In this document: piece by piece, positions 1-10,481 of the stretch
How the letters are laid out: every line of letters begins with the position of its first letter
Numbering within the stretch: the stretch's first letter is position 1
Position numbers and translations under genes: made by a program
Origin: Lama guanicoe
Lineage: Eukaryota
Assembly (NCBI GenBank): GCA_013239625.1
Contig: MU053482.1
Coordinates: forward strand, 4,394,325 to 4,414,324
DNA: 20,000 bases
Direction of reading: 5' to 3'
The notes under the pieces: model-generated
The model's input: the letters and a program-made list of their open reading frames with translations, nothing else
Told to the model about the DNA's origin: nothing
Database searches by the model: none

Positions 1-531
1 TTGAAACTTGCTGAGAGAGTAGACCTTGTGTTCTCACCACACACAAAAAATGTAAACTATGAAATGATGGATGTGTTAACTTGTGGTCATCACTTCACAG
101 TGTATACATATGTTAAATCATCACACTGTACACTTTTAAGAAACTGTATTGCTACAACCTAAACATATTCAGGCATGCCTTGTTTTATTGTTCTTTGCTT
201 TATTGCACTTTGCAGATATTGCATTTTTTATTAATTGAAGATTTGCGGCAATCCTGCATTGCCAAATAATGGTTAGCATTTTTAAAGCAATGAAGTATTT
301 TTTAATTAAGGTATGTACTTTTTTTAGACATAATGCTATTGCATACTTAACAAACTACAGTATAGTGTAAACATAACTTTTATATGCACTGGGGAACCGA
401 AAAATTCATGTGACTCGCATTACTGGGATACTTGCTTTCTTGTCACGGTCTGGGACTGAACCTGCAATATCTTTGGGATATGCCTGTATAATTTTTATTT
501 GTCAACCATACCTCAATAAAGCTAGAAAAAA
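1..531 (+). mobile_element. 3' UTR end of an older LINE-1 (L1MA/L1MB-like), interrupted by a Tigger element at 170-486
   Basis: 1-140 (ttgaaacttgctgagagagtagacctt...tcatcacactgtacac) and 487-531 (taatttttatttgtcaaccatacctcaataaagctagaaaaaa) are consecutive parts of the typical L1 3' terminus, ending in AATAAA and an A-rich tail. Confidence 0.85.
170..486 (+). mobile_element. Internally deleted Tigger1-type (TcMar-Tigger) non-autonomous DNA transposon
   Basis: Terminal inverted repeats caggcatgcct (170) and gggatatgcctg (ends 486), followed by TA. Both ends match the recalled Tigger1 termini (tgttttattg...gcagata and ...gacataatgctattgca...tatatgcactgggga). No transposase region is present. 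Confidence 0.9.
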
Positions 532-589
532 GTTTTTAAAAAGAAAGACATTTTGTTAATAATAAAACATTACTCTAGTAATAAAGTTT

Positions 590-2335
590 TAAATCTAAAG
601 AAAAAATTACTAAACATGAAGAGAAACAGGAAAATATAACCCATTTCCAGAGAATAATCAATTGATATCAACAGACCCTGAAATTAGTGATGTGATGGAA
701 ATAGCAAGCATATTGAAATGGCTATTTAAAACTGCTTAAATGTTCAGGAAGGTAAAGGAAAATAAGACCATGATAGAGTTTTAGAAGATATATAATATAA
801 AAGATCCAAATGGAATTTCTAACAACAAAAAACACAAAATCTTAAGTGGAGATATATATATATATATCTTCATATATATATATATATGAATTGGATGAGA
901 TTAACAGTAGATTAGACAGTATAAGAGGAAAAAAGACAGCAATAGAAACTAAAATAAACCACAGGGGTGAAATGATTGAAAAAACTGATCAGTGTCTCAG
1001 TAACCTCAGGGACCATAACAGGTGATTTAACAAATGTGTAATTGGAGTCCTGTAAAGAGGAAGGAGGACAGAAAAATATTTAAAGAAGTAATGGCTGAAA
1101 ACTCTCCAAATCTGATAAAAACTATAAACCCATAGATCCAAAAAAGCTCAATGACTCCAAGGAGATTAAACATTTAAAAAAATGCAACAGACCACATAAT
1201 AATCAAATTACAGAAAACAACTGATAAAAAGAAATTCTTACAAGCAGCCAAAGATAAAAATACATTATGTACAGAGAAACAAAGCTAAGAATGACAGGAG
1301 ATTTTGTTGACTGTGCAACCCAGAAGACAATAAAGCTGTGAACTAGAGTTTTATGCCCAGTAAAAATATCTTTCAAAAATGAAAGTGAAATAAACACTTT
1401 TTCAGACAAACAACATCTGAGAAAATTCATTACCAGCAGAGCTGCACTATAAGATATGCTAAAGGAAATTCCTTAAGCACAAGAAACATAATACTATATG
1501 GAAATCTGGATCTACTTAGAGCAATCAAGAGATATATGTGGGCTAAACTTAAAGACATTTTTCCATTGTTTAACTTCTTTAAAATAAACTGGCTGTTGAA
1601 GACAAAAATAATACCAGTACACTATAGGATTTATAACATATATAGAAGTAAAGCACGGCAACAATAGTACAAGATGAGAGAAGGTTCTTACTTTGCACAT
1701 GAAGCAGTATAATGAGCAGTGTACTAAAAGTACACCATGATAAGTGAAAGACGTGTATCATAAACTTGAGAGCAACCAATAGCAAAACGAGGTAGAGATA
1801 TAGCTACTAAGCCAACAAAGAGATCAAATGGAATCATAAAAAGAATGTAGGAAAAGAGAAAAAGAAGGAATGAAAAACAGATAGGAAAATAGAAAACAAA
1901 TATCAATATGATAGATTAAAACCCAAACACATCAATAATTATATTAAATGTAAGTAATCCAAACACTGAAAATAAAAGCAGAGATTGTTAGACTGGATAA
2001 AAAAGCAAAGACCAATTTTGTGCTATCTATAAGAACCCACTTTAAAAATACAGACACAAGTAAGTTAAAAGTGAAAGAATGCAATTCACCATGAATGCAC
2101 TAATCAAAAGAAAGCTGGAGAGGCTACCTTAATGTAGATAAAATACTTTTAAACAGGAGAAACCTGAATGTTTGGAAATTAACAACATGCTTACAAATAA
2201 TTCATTTGACAATGAATAAATCAAAAGGGAAATTAGACAATATTTTCAACTAAATAAAAATAAAGCTACAGGATATCAAAATTTCTGGGATAGATGTAAA
2301 GATCAGAGGTGCTTAGAGGAAATTTCGCAGATTAA
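590..2335 (+). mobile_element. Old LINE-1 fragment: decayed ORF1, inter-ORF region and start of ORF2 (endonuclease)
   Basis: Strongly A-rich + strand. About 1928-2080 resembles the ORF2 N-terminus (SIIILNV...DWIKKQ...CYL.E.HF). About 2170-2330 resembles WKLNN...YQNFWD...VLRGKF. Many stops and frameshifts, with an internal deletion near 2150. Confidence 0.85.
850..890. repeat. Compound (AT)8-(AT)8 microsatellite
   Basis: ag(at)8ct followed by ttc(at)8gaa, read directly. Confidence 0.95.
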
Positions 2336-2739
2336 AAGAACAGAGGGAAGATGTGGTGAGCACCACAGGTAAAACGCAATACTACTGCGTGTCAGAAGCA
2401 GAGGGAGGCGATGTCTGTCCAGCAAAAGCAATAGATTGTCAACACACTGTCCCTCTGTCCTTTCAACTCGTCAAGCTTCCGTTCCATCTCTCCCCTTCTC
2501 TCTCAGCTAGATGTTTCTGAAGCATGGATACAATAGGGCTGTCTCTATTGACATCAGTCATGCACCCTCTTCCTCATTGTAATTGTATGGTTGTAAAAGA
2601 AACATTTTTCTGTGCCATCTATAGCTTCACAGACACACTCCCTTCTGTCTGGCCCCACCACCTCAAAAAATGCACAGACACAGCTAGGGCTGAACTGAAC
2701 TAGTGATGGCCACCTGACCCACAAGTAGTGAGTATGCTC

Positions 2740-3158
2740 ACTGCCAAGGAATCTGACTTTGTGTGACCTTGCACCAAGGGATGAGTGGGGCTGAACAGAT
2801 TCCATCTTGAGAACTTGATATAAGACACAAGCTGACAGTGGTGAGAAGTTCCCATCAATTGAAAGTAATGGCAACTGTTTGCAAGTTGATGAGTAAAAGG
2901 GGGAAGCTGTTCTGCAGAGAAAGGAAAATGGGGCTGACAAGAAGCAAAGAGGAGAGAGAAGCTTGTGACCCGGGAGAGGGAAATGGTGGTAGACAGCTGC
3001 TTCTATTCCTCTCAATCTCCCCTGAAGCTCAGCTGCACTTGATTTCATGTCCTTTGATTCTGTGAGAGCTCTGTTTCTTGTAATAAACACTATTCTTTAC
3101 TGGAGTAACTTTGAACGAGTTTTGTTTTCTTGCAACCAAAGGAGCCATAACTTGAACA
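2740..3158 (+). mobile_element. Degenerate MaLR (MLT1-like) solo LTR
   Basis: The 3' part (aataaa at about 3083 ... ttttcttgcaaccaaaggagccataacttgaaca) resembles the MLT1 LTR end. The 5' boundary is uncertain. Confidence 0.45.
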
Positions 3159-3159
3159 A

Positions 3160-3330
3160 TTTCATGTCTTTTAAATTATCTCCTAACACTGCCTAGTAAC
3201 TTCCTTACGGATAAGCAATGTTTTTTATTTCATCTGTGTAACACAGCTCGTAGTTACATGACTGAATTATACAAATGCTGATAAGGTTAATAATGAATGA
3301 AGTCATTAATCTGGTTACTGATACCTCTAC
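3160..3330 (-). mobile_element. Possible highly decayed MIR SINE
   Basis: Weak resemblance to antisense MIR (ttttaaattatctcctaacactgcct...ttttatttcatctgt). Confidence 0.3.
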
Positions 3331-3389
3331 TACCACCAGAATTAGTGAATTGCTTGTTTTGTCTGCCCTACACCGATTCCTTTGTAAAA

Positions 3390-3736
3390 TGTTTTTTTCT
3401 CTATTCCCTGTAGCTCTGGTGGGACTAAGAATCGCAGGCTCCCATCCCTCACCCACTAAAGCGGGCATATGACTCATGATTTAGGTCAGTCTGGTTCCCC
3501 CTGCAGGATTTTGAATCTAAGTCATTGGATGGTAGTTCCCTAAAGAAAGGTTGGTAGGTTTCTGCCGTTGAGAACTCTGACACTTCCCTTGATTCCTGGC
3601 CTTTCAGAGGTCTGGTTGTTCAGCTTTTACTTCTGTCCTAGGGATGTTTGCTATCCTTCCAAAACCCACCTTTTCTTGTTTAAGAAGTCAGAGTCCATTT
3701 CTATTGCTTTCAGCCTAAGACTCTTCTCTGATATAG
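3390..3736 (+). mobile_element. Degenerate ERVL-class LTR (LTR16/LTR33-like)
   Basis: The motif gggcatatgactca and the ending ttttcttgtttaagaagtcagagtccatttctattgctttcagcctaagactcttctctgatata resemble old ERVL LTR ends. Confidence 0.4.
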
Positions 3737-4552
3737 CTTGGTTCCAGAGAGGCCAGTTTCTCCCCTGGCTTATACAGAATAACTGGAAGAAAACCTCCTT
3801 TTTGGAAAGAGCGGCTAACTTTGAAGCAGGCTATCTTTAAAACAAATAAAATATTTCTTTATTGATCAGTTGCTCCACTGCTGTTTTCTTTTTCCATCTC
3901 TGATCCAACCTCTGGGCTGCCTTTTCTTCAAGAGACATCATGAGTTCTGCCTCGGTTGTTTATATTCAAACTTATCCTCATATTCTAAGGCTATCTATGA
4001 GTGAGAGTCATGAACATAAATCTTTAAAGAAGTTGTATGTATTTGGCAACCCAGGCAACAGAAGCTAACTTCACTTAGCCAAGTTAACACTTTTCTACAG
4101 CAATATAAAACAGATTTCATTCCTTGGGTGTGAAGGATCTGCACTCAACCTAAGAAGGCATCTCCTAGGCTTGAATCTGGTGTCTCAGCTTCTGACGACG
4201 GACCCACTCTGGACCTTTGGATCAGCATCCCTCCTTAGAGAGAAGCCATGCTTAGGGTGTTGGCCCTGATTCTCCCAAGACCTCAAGTTCCAAGGCAGTT
4301 TGTCTCCTCTCAACACTCTGACTCATTATCCTGTTTTACTGAAGTACTTAGAATGAGAGCTTTTGGGAAGTGCTCTGTGCAATTATATAAATGAATAGGC
4401 ACATTTATCTGAAATGTTTTCAGATTTCCTAGAAAGACATTTTGTGTTCTTTCTCTGACACTGATTTCTAAAACTGGATAACAGCCCTGGGGGAGTATCC
4501 TTGCCCTATTCGGGGACCTGCATTTCCAAGGCAATCTAAAACCCAGTCAATA

Positions 4553-4990
4553 GGTATTCATTCGTTTTGCAAATTATTGTTGAGTACATACTGCATTCCA
4601 GGCACATTCCAGCTGCGTATACAATGGTGAAGAAAACAGAGTTAACTCTGCCTCCAAGGAGGACAGGGTCCCGTGGAGGAGAGAGAAAAAAAATAAGTAA
4701 ATAAACTTAAAAAACATTAGTCATGAGTAATTAGTGATATGAAAAAATTAACAGGAAATTGCACTAGAAGGGAATCTTAGAGGGTAGAAGAGGCTCCCTG
4801 AGGCCTGAAGATACAGACTGAAGGATACTGGAATCAGATAGATGGAATAGCTCAGATGAGGCCTGGAGGGAGGGAAGAGGTTCACGTGCTTGAGGAATAA
4901 GTGGAGCAGGTGAAGGATGGAGTCGGATAACGTGGGAGAGAGAGTTTGGGCTATCCAAGGAGTTTTGATTTTATCTCAAGTGTAATGAAA
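4553..4990 (-). mobile_element. LINE-2 3' portion (part 1)
   Basis: tattcattcg...ttgttgagtacatactgcattccaggcac is the antisense L2 3' end. Purine-rich + strand and gagttttgattttatctcaagtgtaatg are typical of antisense L2. Confidence 0.75.
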
Positions 4991-5390
4991 ATATAGCCAC
5001 TTTGGAAAACACTTTGGCAGTTTCTTTAAAAGCTAAACGTAGTTTTTCCATACAGCCCAGCAATTCCACTACTAAGCATCCACCCAAGAGAAATGAAAAC
5101 ATGCATCTACATAAAGACTTGCACGTAAGCGTTCATAGCAGCATTGCTCATAATGGCCTAAGACTAGAAACGATTCAGTTGTCCATCAATATCAGCATGG
5201 GTAAGTAAATGTGGTATGTCTATACAATGGGAGGCTGCTAGACAAGTAAAAAAAGGGTAAACTATTCATACAAGATCAAACTCGTTCTGGTTGGTGGCTT
5301 CTTGGGTGTTTATAATTATGAAAACTCACTGAATGGACCATGTAAGGTCTGTATATTTTATCGTATGTAAATTATAGCTACATATTTTAT
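4991..5390 (+). mobile_element. Old LINE-1 3' fragment (L1MC/L1ME-like) inserted in L2
   Basis: agccactttggaaaacactttggcagtttct...cccagcaattccact...gttcatagcagcatt...aaatgtggtat...tatacaatgg matches the end of L1 ORF2 and a partly deleted 3' UTR. Confidence 0.85.
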
Positions 5391-7140
5391 AATGCAGAGG
5401 AAAGTTGCAGAAGGGTTGGTAAAGCAAGGGAAAAATGTGACTTGATTTGTTCTTAACATATTCCTCTGGTTCCTTTGTAAAAAACAAGTTGGTTGACCAT
5501 TAAAGGGGTTATTGAAGCACTCCAGAAGATGCTGAAAGCTTTGACTAGCAAGCAATAAGGGAAGCCAATATATAGATTTAAGATGTATTAGGAGGTAGAA
5601 ATGACATAATTTGTTTATTTTTTAGAAGAGGAAGAAATAAAGGAAAACACCTCTATTTTTGACTTGAGCAAATGGATAGTCTTGCTGTTTACTGAAATGG
5701 ATTAGCAGACTATGAAAGGGGCAGGTTTGATTGAAGGTATAGGGGAGAGACAATCAAGAGCTCTGTATTGGGCATATTTCAACTGAGATGCATATGCTAT
5801 ATCCAAGAAGAAAACTTAAGTAGACGGTTGGATGTGTACGTCTGGAGTTCAAATGAGAGGTTGAGATGGAGATACAAATTTGGTCGTCATCAGCATCTTA
5901 GGTCATGAACATAGGTCATTTACGAAGAGAGTGCAGAGAGAGAACAAGCCCTAGGAAACACCAATTAGACATTGGAGGGGGGGGTCTGTGACAGAGACTG
6001 AGGGAAATTGTCAGAGATACCAAAAGTGGGAAGAAAACCAATGGTGTAATGTCAAATGAAGGAGAGACCACTCTGGGTCTAATGCAACTGAGAGGCTGAG
6101 ATGAGAAAACAAACTGTCCATTGAACTTGACAACATGGTAAACTTGACACAAGAAGTTTTGGTGAAATGATAAGAAAAGAGACCCAATCTGAGAGTTTTA
6201 AAGAGTGACCAAAGGTGAAACAGTGGAGGTAAGTATATGAAAAACTATTTTGAGATACTAAACTATGAAGAGATGCAGAGAAGTAGGCAGTAGTTGGAGA
6301 GGACTAAGGGAACCAAAGAAAAACTTTTAGGCATAAAGGAGAGTCAGTCATGTTTGTGAGCTGAAAAAAACAGCCCCACCAAAAAATGAGAAGGTTGATA
6401 ATTTAGGAGGCATAGCAGACAACTGGAGGAGTAAAACTTGAGAAAGTGAGAGAGGGTGGCATCCAGAGCCTGTTAAGGGTCCAGCTTCAGGAGGAGCTGA
6501 GCTGTGATGGAAGCGACACACTTTCTCCTTCATTCTGGAGGGCAGACAGGGAAGATGCAGATGAACGTAGATGTAGAATAGGGGAGTTCTTGTCTGATGG
6601 CTCTAATTTTTCATTTGGATACAACTGATGTGGGATAACTAGATCAGAGTGAAGAGCGCAGGGATGAAGTAGGAGATTTGAGAGGAAAGTTGAAGGTATG
6701 CAAGATTACCCTGAAGTATGGAATAGCAAGTTTATATATATATATAAAAATATGTATCATGTATAATAAATATATAATTATATTAATATTAATATAATTT
6801 AATATTTATTATATGATATATTTAATATATTATACATTTATTGTATATTATATATTTATTATACATAATAAATTATATGTATAATTTATATATATATAGC
6901 TGCACAGTGCATTAAAATTATGAATTTAAAGAGAAGTTTTTCAGCCTGATTATAAGATTTTCTCCAGCAGTATTCAGTTTCTCAGATTCATGCAGGTAGA
7001 TGGCTGAGTTCGTGTGGACTCAGAGTTTTGCCAAATGAGTATGCCTGCTGCAGGCAGTCAGGCAAGGACCAGACAAGTGGTAGAAACTACGGGCCAAGTA
7101 ATGGATGCTCAACAGAAGGGACATGTTGAAAGGAGAGTCA
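5391..7140 (-). mobile_element. LINE-2 (part 2, continuing after the L1 insertion)
   Basis: Antisense L2 motifs in the expected order: ttttgacttgagcaaatgg, tttactgaaatgg, gttggatgtgtacgtctggagttca, ggagatacaaatttggtcgtcatcagcat, gtcaaatg...gagaggctgagatgagaaaac...tgtccattgaactt. The distal boundary is approximate. Confidence 0.75.
6731..6898. repeat. AT-rich low-complexity / degenerate (TA)n tract
   Basis: About 170 bp that is almost entirely A/T, read directly. Confidence 0.95.
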
Positions 7141-7144
7141 GGTT

Positions 7145-7951
7145 CTGTCTCAGTTTATAGTTTATATATCTGTGCTTCCCTTTCCTACCATCTCCCTACA
7201 ACCACCACACTTTGCATTTGGGTCAACTCTTGTGTCTATTAATACTGACTGGAGGCTAGAAGAGAGATCTAACCAGCTTGCAGTCCTGCTTCTGAGGTTC
7301 AGCCTTTGGTCTCCCCTGATTTCCACATTCAGATCCATTTCACAAGTACTGAATTCCTACATACCCATCCATCATGCGACTGGACTGAGTCTTCACATGG
7401 TACCCTGGGCTACCAGCAACTAGAACCCCTTTTTCCAAATCCATGCTCCAGTAAAATGAAGACCTTCAGACGAGTGGCTGGAGTCCTGCTGACTGCTTTC
7501 TAGCTGCCTTGTGCCAATTCTTTCCACCATGGGACTTCCTCTGCTTCTCTGCCTCTCATATCACTAGTGCTCTCTAAGGGAGAAGGTGTTGTAACTTGAT
7601 TAGTCAGAACCTGAACAGTCAATGCACCATATTTTACTAATGGCATTCAAGTTCAGGTGCTTGCCTAGTTTTTAAGGATGGTGTTTTATTTCCCATTTGG
7701 CTTCTGGTCCTTGTGGGTACCTCCCTTGGTTAAGGGTCTAGTGGGAAGAAGCATCCAGACATTCCTGTATCCCATAGTGTCCATAATAGACATTATCCTG
7801 GCCATAATGTTATCATAATAGAATCCAAAACTCGCTTTTACCCTTGAGCCATCCAGCACCCTACCAAGATTCTTGATTAACGTTCGTCCTAAATTCTCCA
7901 TTAATTAGTCCCACCCACTTAATGAAATCCCCAAACTTTTATTCTGACACC
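7145..7951 (-). mobile_element. Candidate internal (gag) remnant of an ancient Ty3/Gypsy LTR retrotransposon (MamGypsy-like)
   Basis: On the minus strand: PBS-like GGTGTCAGAA (7942-7951), RLKVF...W (about 7472-7413) resembling the PNMA KLRVFSG..F..W motif, and KCGGCREM (7212-7189) resembling a decayed zinc knuckle. Each motif alone is weak. Confidence 0.4.
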
Positions 7952-9330
7952 TTATACAACGTGACTGTTATGAATTGAATTGTGCCTCCCCAAAAGATAT
8001 GTTGAAGCCCTAACCCCAGTACCCTCAGAATGTGACCTTATTTAAAAATAGGGTCATTACAGATGGAATTAGTTAAGAGGCATTCATCCTGGAGTAGGAG
8101 GGGCCCTTAATCCAGTATGACTGGTGTCCTTGTAGGCAGAGAAGAGACAGAGATGCATGAAGAAAGAACGCCATGTCATGGCAGAGGCAGGGATTGCAGT
8201 GCCGCAGCAGCAAGCCAAGGAACACCAAGGATGGCTGGCACACCCTCAGAAGCTAGGAAGAGGCAAGGAAGAATCTCTCCTGAAGGTTTTAGAGGGAGCA
8301 GGGCTCTCCCAGCACATTGACTTTGGATTTCTAGCTTCCAGGACTATGAGATGGTAAATTTCATTACTTCATTACAGCAACCCTAGAAACAAATTCAATT
8401 ACCACCACCACTGTGGTCCCCACAGACACCTGCTTTCCTTCCAGACTGAAGCTTCCTTAAGTGACAGAAGCTGAGTCTTCCTGGAGTTCCTGCTTCCTTT
8501 CTGATGGATGAGCTTTATTTAAAGTCCTAGGTCACCCCTGTCCTGCCTTAGGAAACCAGGCAGGGCTGAGCTCCCTGCTAAGTCAGTCTGCCAAGCACAG
8601 ATTTGCTTTGGTTTTATAGAGGGTCAACATATCCCAGCTATAGCACTAGGAGGGTCTCTTTGACATGGTGACCATGGCAACCATCCAGCTGAGGAAGCAC
8701 TGAGTGCTCCAGCTAGCCCAGAAAGAAAATGCCTCCTTCCTTACTAGCAATGCAAGAAAAAGTTCTGAAAGAGACCAGAAAGGGTTCACACTGAGCCTTC
8801 TGCACAGTGACCCAGGAAAGGTAGGGTCCTTATGTGCTAGGATGTTTACATGAGCTGATGATGGGCACAGAATGAGGAAAGCAAAGATCAGCCAATAGCA
8901 TGAGGAAGAGTGAGTGATACCAAACCAGGTGGAGGTACAGGGAGCGGCTGCACTAGCCAAGGTGTTTAGGGAATTTAAATACAGTCCACACTGGATCAAG
9001 GGACAGAAAAGGTGGCATAGGGGTCACTGCCTAGTCTAACATGGAGAAGAAACAGAGGAGCCCATATAGAATGGGCAGCTGTGCCACATCATGTACAGTG
9101 CTGCATCCTGGGGCCAGAGATGTGGCTGTTCAGGCTGCATCCACGCAGTGCTGGGAAGAACATGATTCAAGGCCTTAGCTCCCAAGACAAGGGCTACAAA
9201 GGCTACGTAGAGGGTTAAGGCTCCAGCCAAGTGGGCTGGGATTTTGGTAAGATCCCTAATCTGAAAGAAAGTGTGTGAAAGGAGGCAGGGAACCATGAGA
9301 GGATCCCAGACTGTGGATGGAGTCCACATA
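7952..9330 (-). mobile_element. Candidate LTR of the Gypsy-like element (interrupted by MLT1C)
   Basis: Minus-strand TATAAAA (8612-8618), then AATAAA (8514-8519), then about 130 nt to the PBS-like motif once MLT1C is removed. The far boundary is a guess. Confidence 0.3.
7966..8397 (+). mobile_element. MLT1C-like MaLR solo LTR
   Basis: Begins tgttatgaattgaattgtgcctccccaaaagatatgttgaag. Contains aatgtgaccttattt, atgactggtgtcctt, caagccaaggaac and agaagctaggaagaggcaaggaag. Ends acagcaaccctagaaacaaattca (TG...CA termini). Flanks gtgac/attac may be a decayed 5-bp TSD. Confidence 0.9.
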
Positions 9331-9418
9331 GTGAGAAGCAGAAAGGCAGGGAATTTTCCAAGTTGGACGCTGCACAGATATCCAAGGCTTATCTGGGCTC
9401 ATCAAGTCCTGGGTCTGG

Positions 9419-9660
9419 TTCATTCAACAAATATTTATTGAATTTTTACTGTGTTCAATCCAATTCATGCTAAGAATACAAAGGGAACACGATACAAAAT
9501 TTTCCCTGGAGGAGCCTGGTCAAACCGGGAAAACAGACCCATCAGCAAAGAGTTCACGCAGTGTGATAAATGGTAGATTTAGATATGAACAAAATGCCGT
9601 GGGAATGCAGAGGGGAGGGGCACAGCTCTGCCCAGGAAATGGGGAGGAGGGACAGAAAAT
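9419..9660 (-). mobile_element. LINE-2 3' end fragment
   Basis: ttcattcaacaaatatttattgaa...tactgtg is the antisense L2 terminus, followed by cagtgtgataaatg...tgccgtgggaatgcagagg. Confidence 0.75.
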
Positions 9661-9944
9661 ATATTGCATTGGCTTTATGGTGACCTAGATAAGCCACAAA
9701 ATAAAAAGAAAACAGAATTTTATTACAACCTTATCCTCCAAATCCTCAATCTCATAGTTCAAATGACTTCATTTCATTCTTACTGTTTCATGTCTCTTTT
9801 GAATTACTGAGTTCAAATTAAAAATAATCACATATTGATCACATATTGAAATTACTCACCACTGTATCATTAAAACATTGGTGCTTGATCAAAGTTCTGT
9901 GGATTTCTAGATCTAAAACCTCCACACCCTCAAAAGCTTGGTAG

Positions 9945-10040
9945 TGTTACCTGATAGCTGGCCTGACATGCAGCAAAGTCACCTTACTGACACTAGGTTG
10001 TGTTGAAAGAAAGTATAGCATTTATTGCAGGGCTCCACAG
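9945..10040 (-). mobile_element. Short ERV LTR fragment (probably ERV1 class)
   Basis: tgttacc...gcagcaaagtcaccttactgacactaggttgtgttgaaagaaagtatagcatttattgcaggg. On the minus strand AATAAA is followed by a CA terminus. Resembles recalled laurasiatherian ERV LTR ends. Confidence 0.45.
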
Positions 10041-10149
10041 GATCCTGCTCAGTTTTAGTAGTCTCTGTCCCATGGGGTCAGATGACAGACCCAGCTGGTG
10101 ACCAGATGCCACAGGAGGTTATGGGGATATTTCTCATGTTAACTTGGAG

Positions 10150-10465
10150 CACTTGTTGAACCCTCTTCTCCCTGTCATCAGAATACCAGGAGGAAACACA
10201 ATAAAGCCTAGCACAATAGAAACCTAGCAGATCACTTTCCCTGCCTGGCTATCTCTACTTCCAAAGAGACTTCTCCCAAGGCCTACGTTGATTGGACAGT
10301 TGGCTTGTGGCACCACGCCCTGGAGAGAGCTAATTGGTCCACCAATGAATACCTGACCCAAACTGACCAATGTGATTCTTACTTTCCAGGAGCTTTACTG
10401 GTCTCTCGAGAGCACTTCAGCTAGGGAGGTGTATAAAACTGGGACTAGGGCAGCCACGTTTGGTT
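10150..10465 (+). mobile_element. Degenerate ERVL/MaLR-type LTR fragment (LTR16-like)
   Basis: taattggtcc...acctgacccaaactgaccaatgtgattc and gggcagccacgttt resemble motifs of old ERVL LTRs. Confidence 0.35.
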
Positions 10466-10481
10466 CAAGTTTAAGTGGGAC

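Noticed and set aside
2554..3090. 178-aa minus-strand ORF
   Set aside because: Overlaps LTR-like sequence, has a non-ATG start and no recognisable protein motifs.
3469..3477. AP-1 site ATGACTCAT (also TGACTCA at 4319 and TGAGTCA at 18139)
   Set aside because: A few such 7-mers are expected by chance in 20 kb, and the first lies in an LTR-like repeat.
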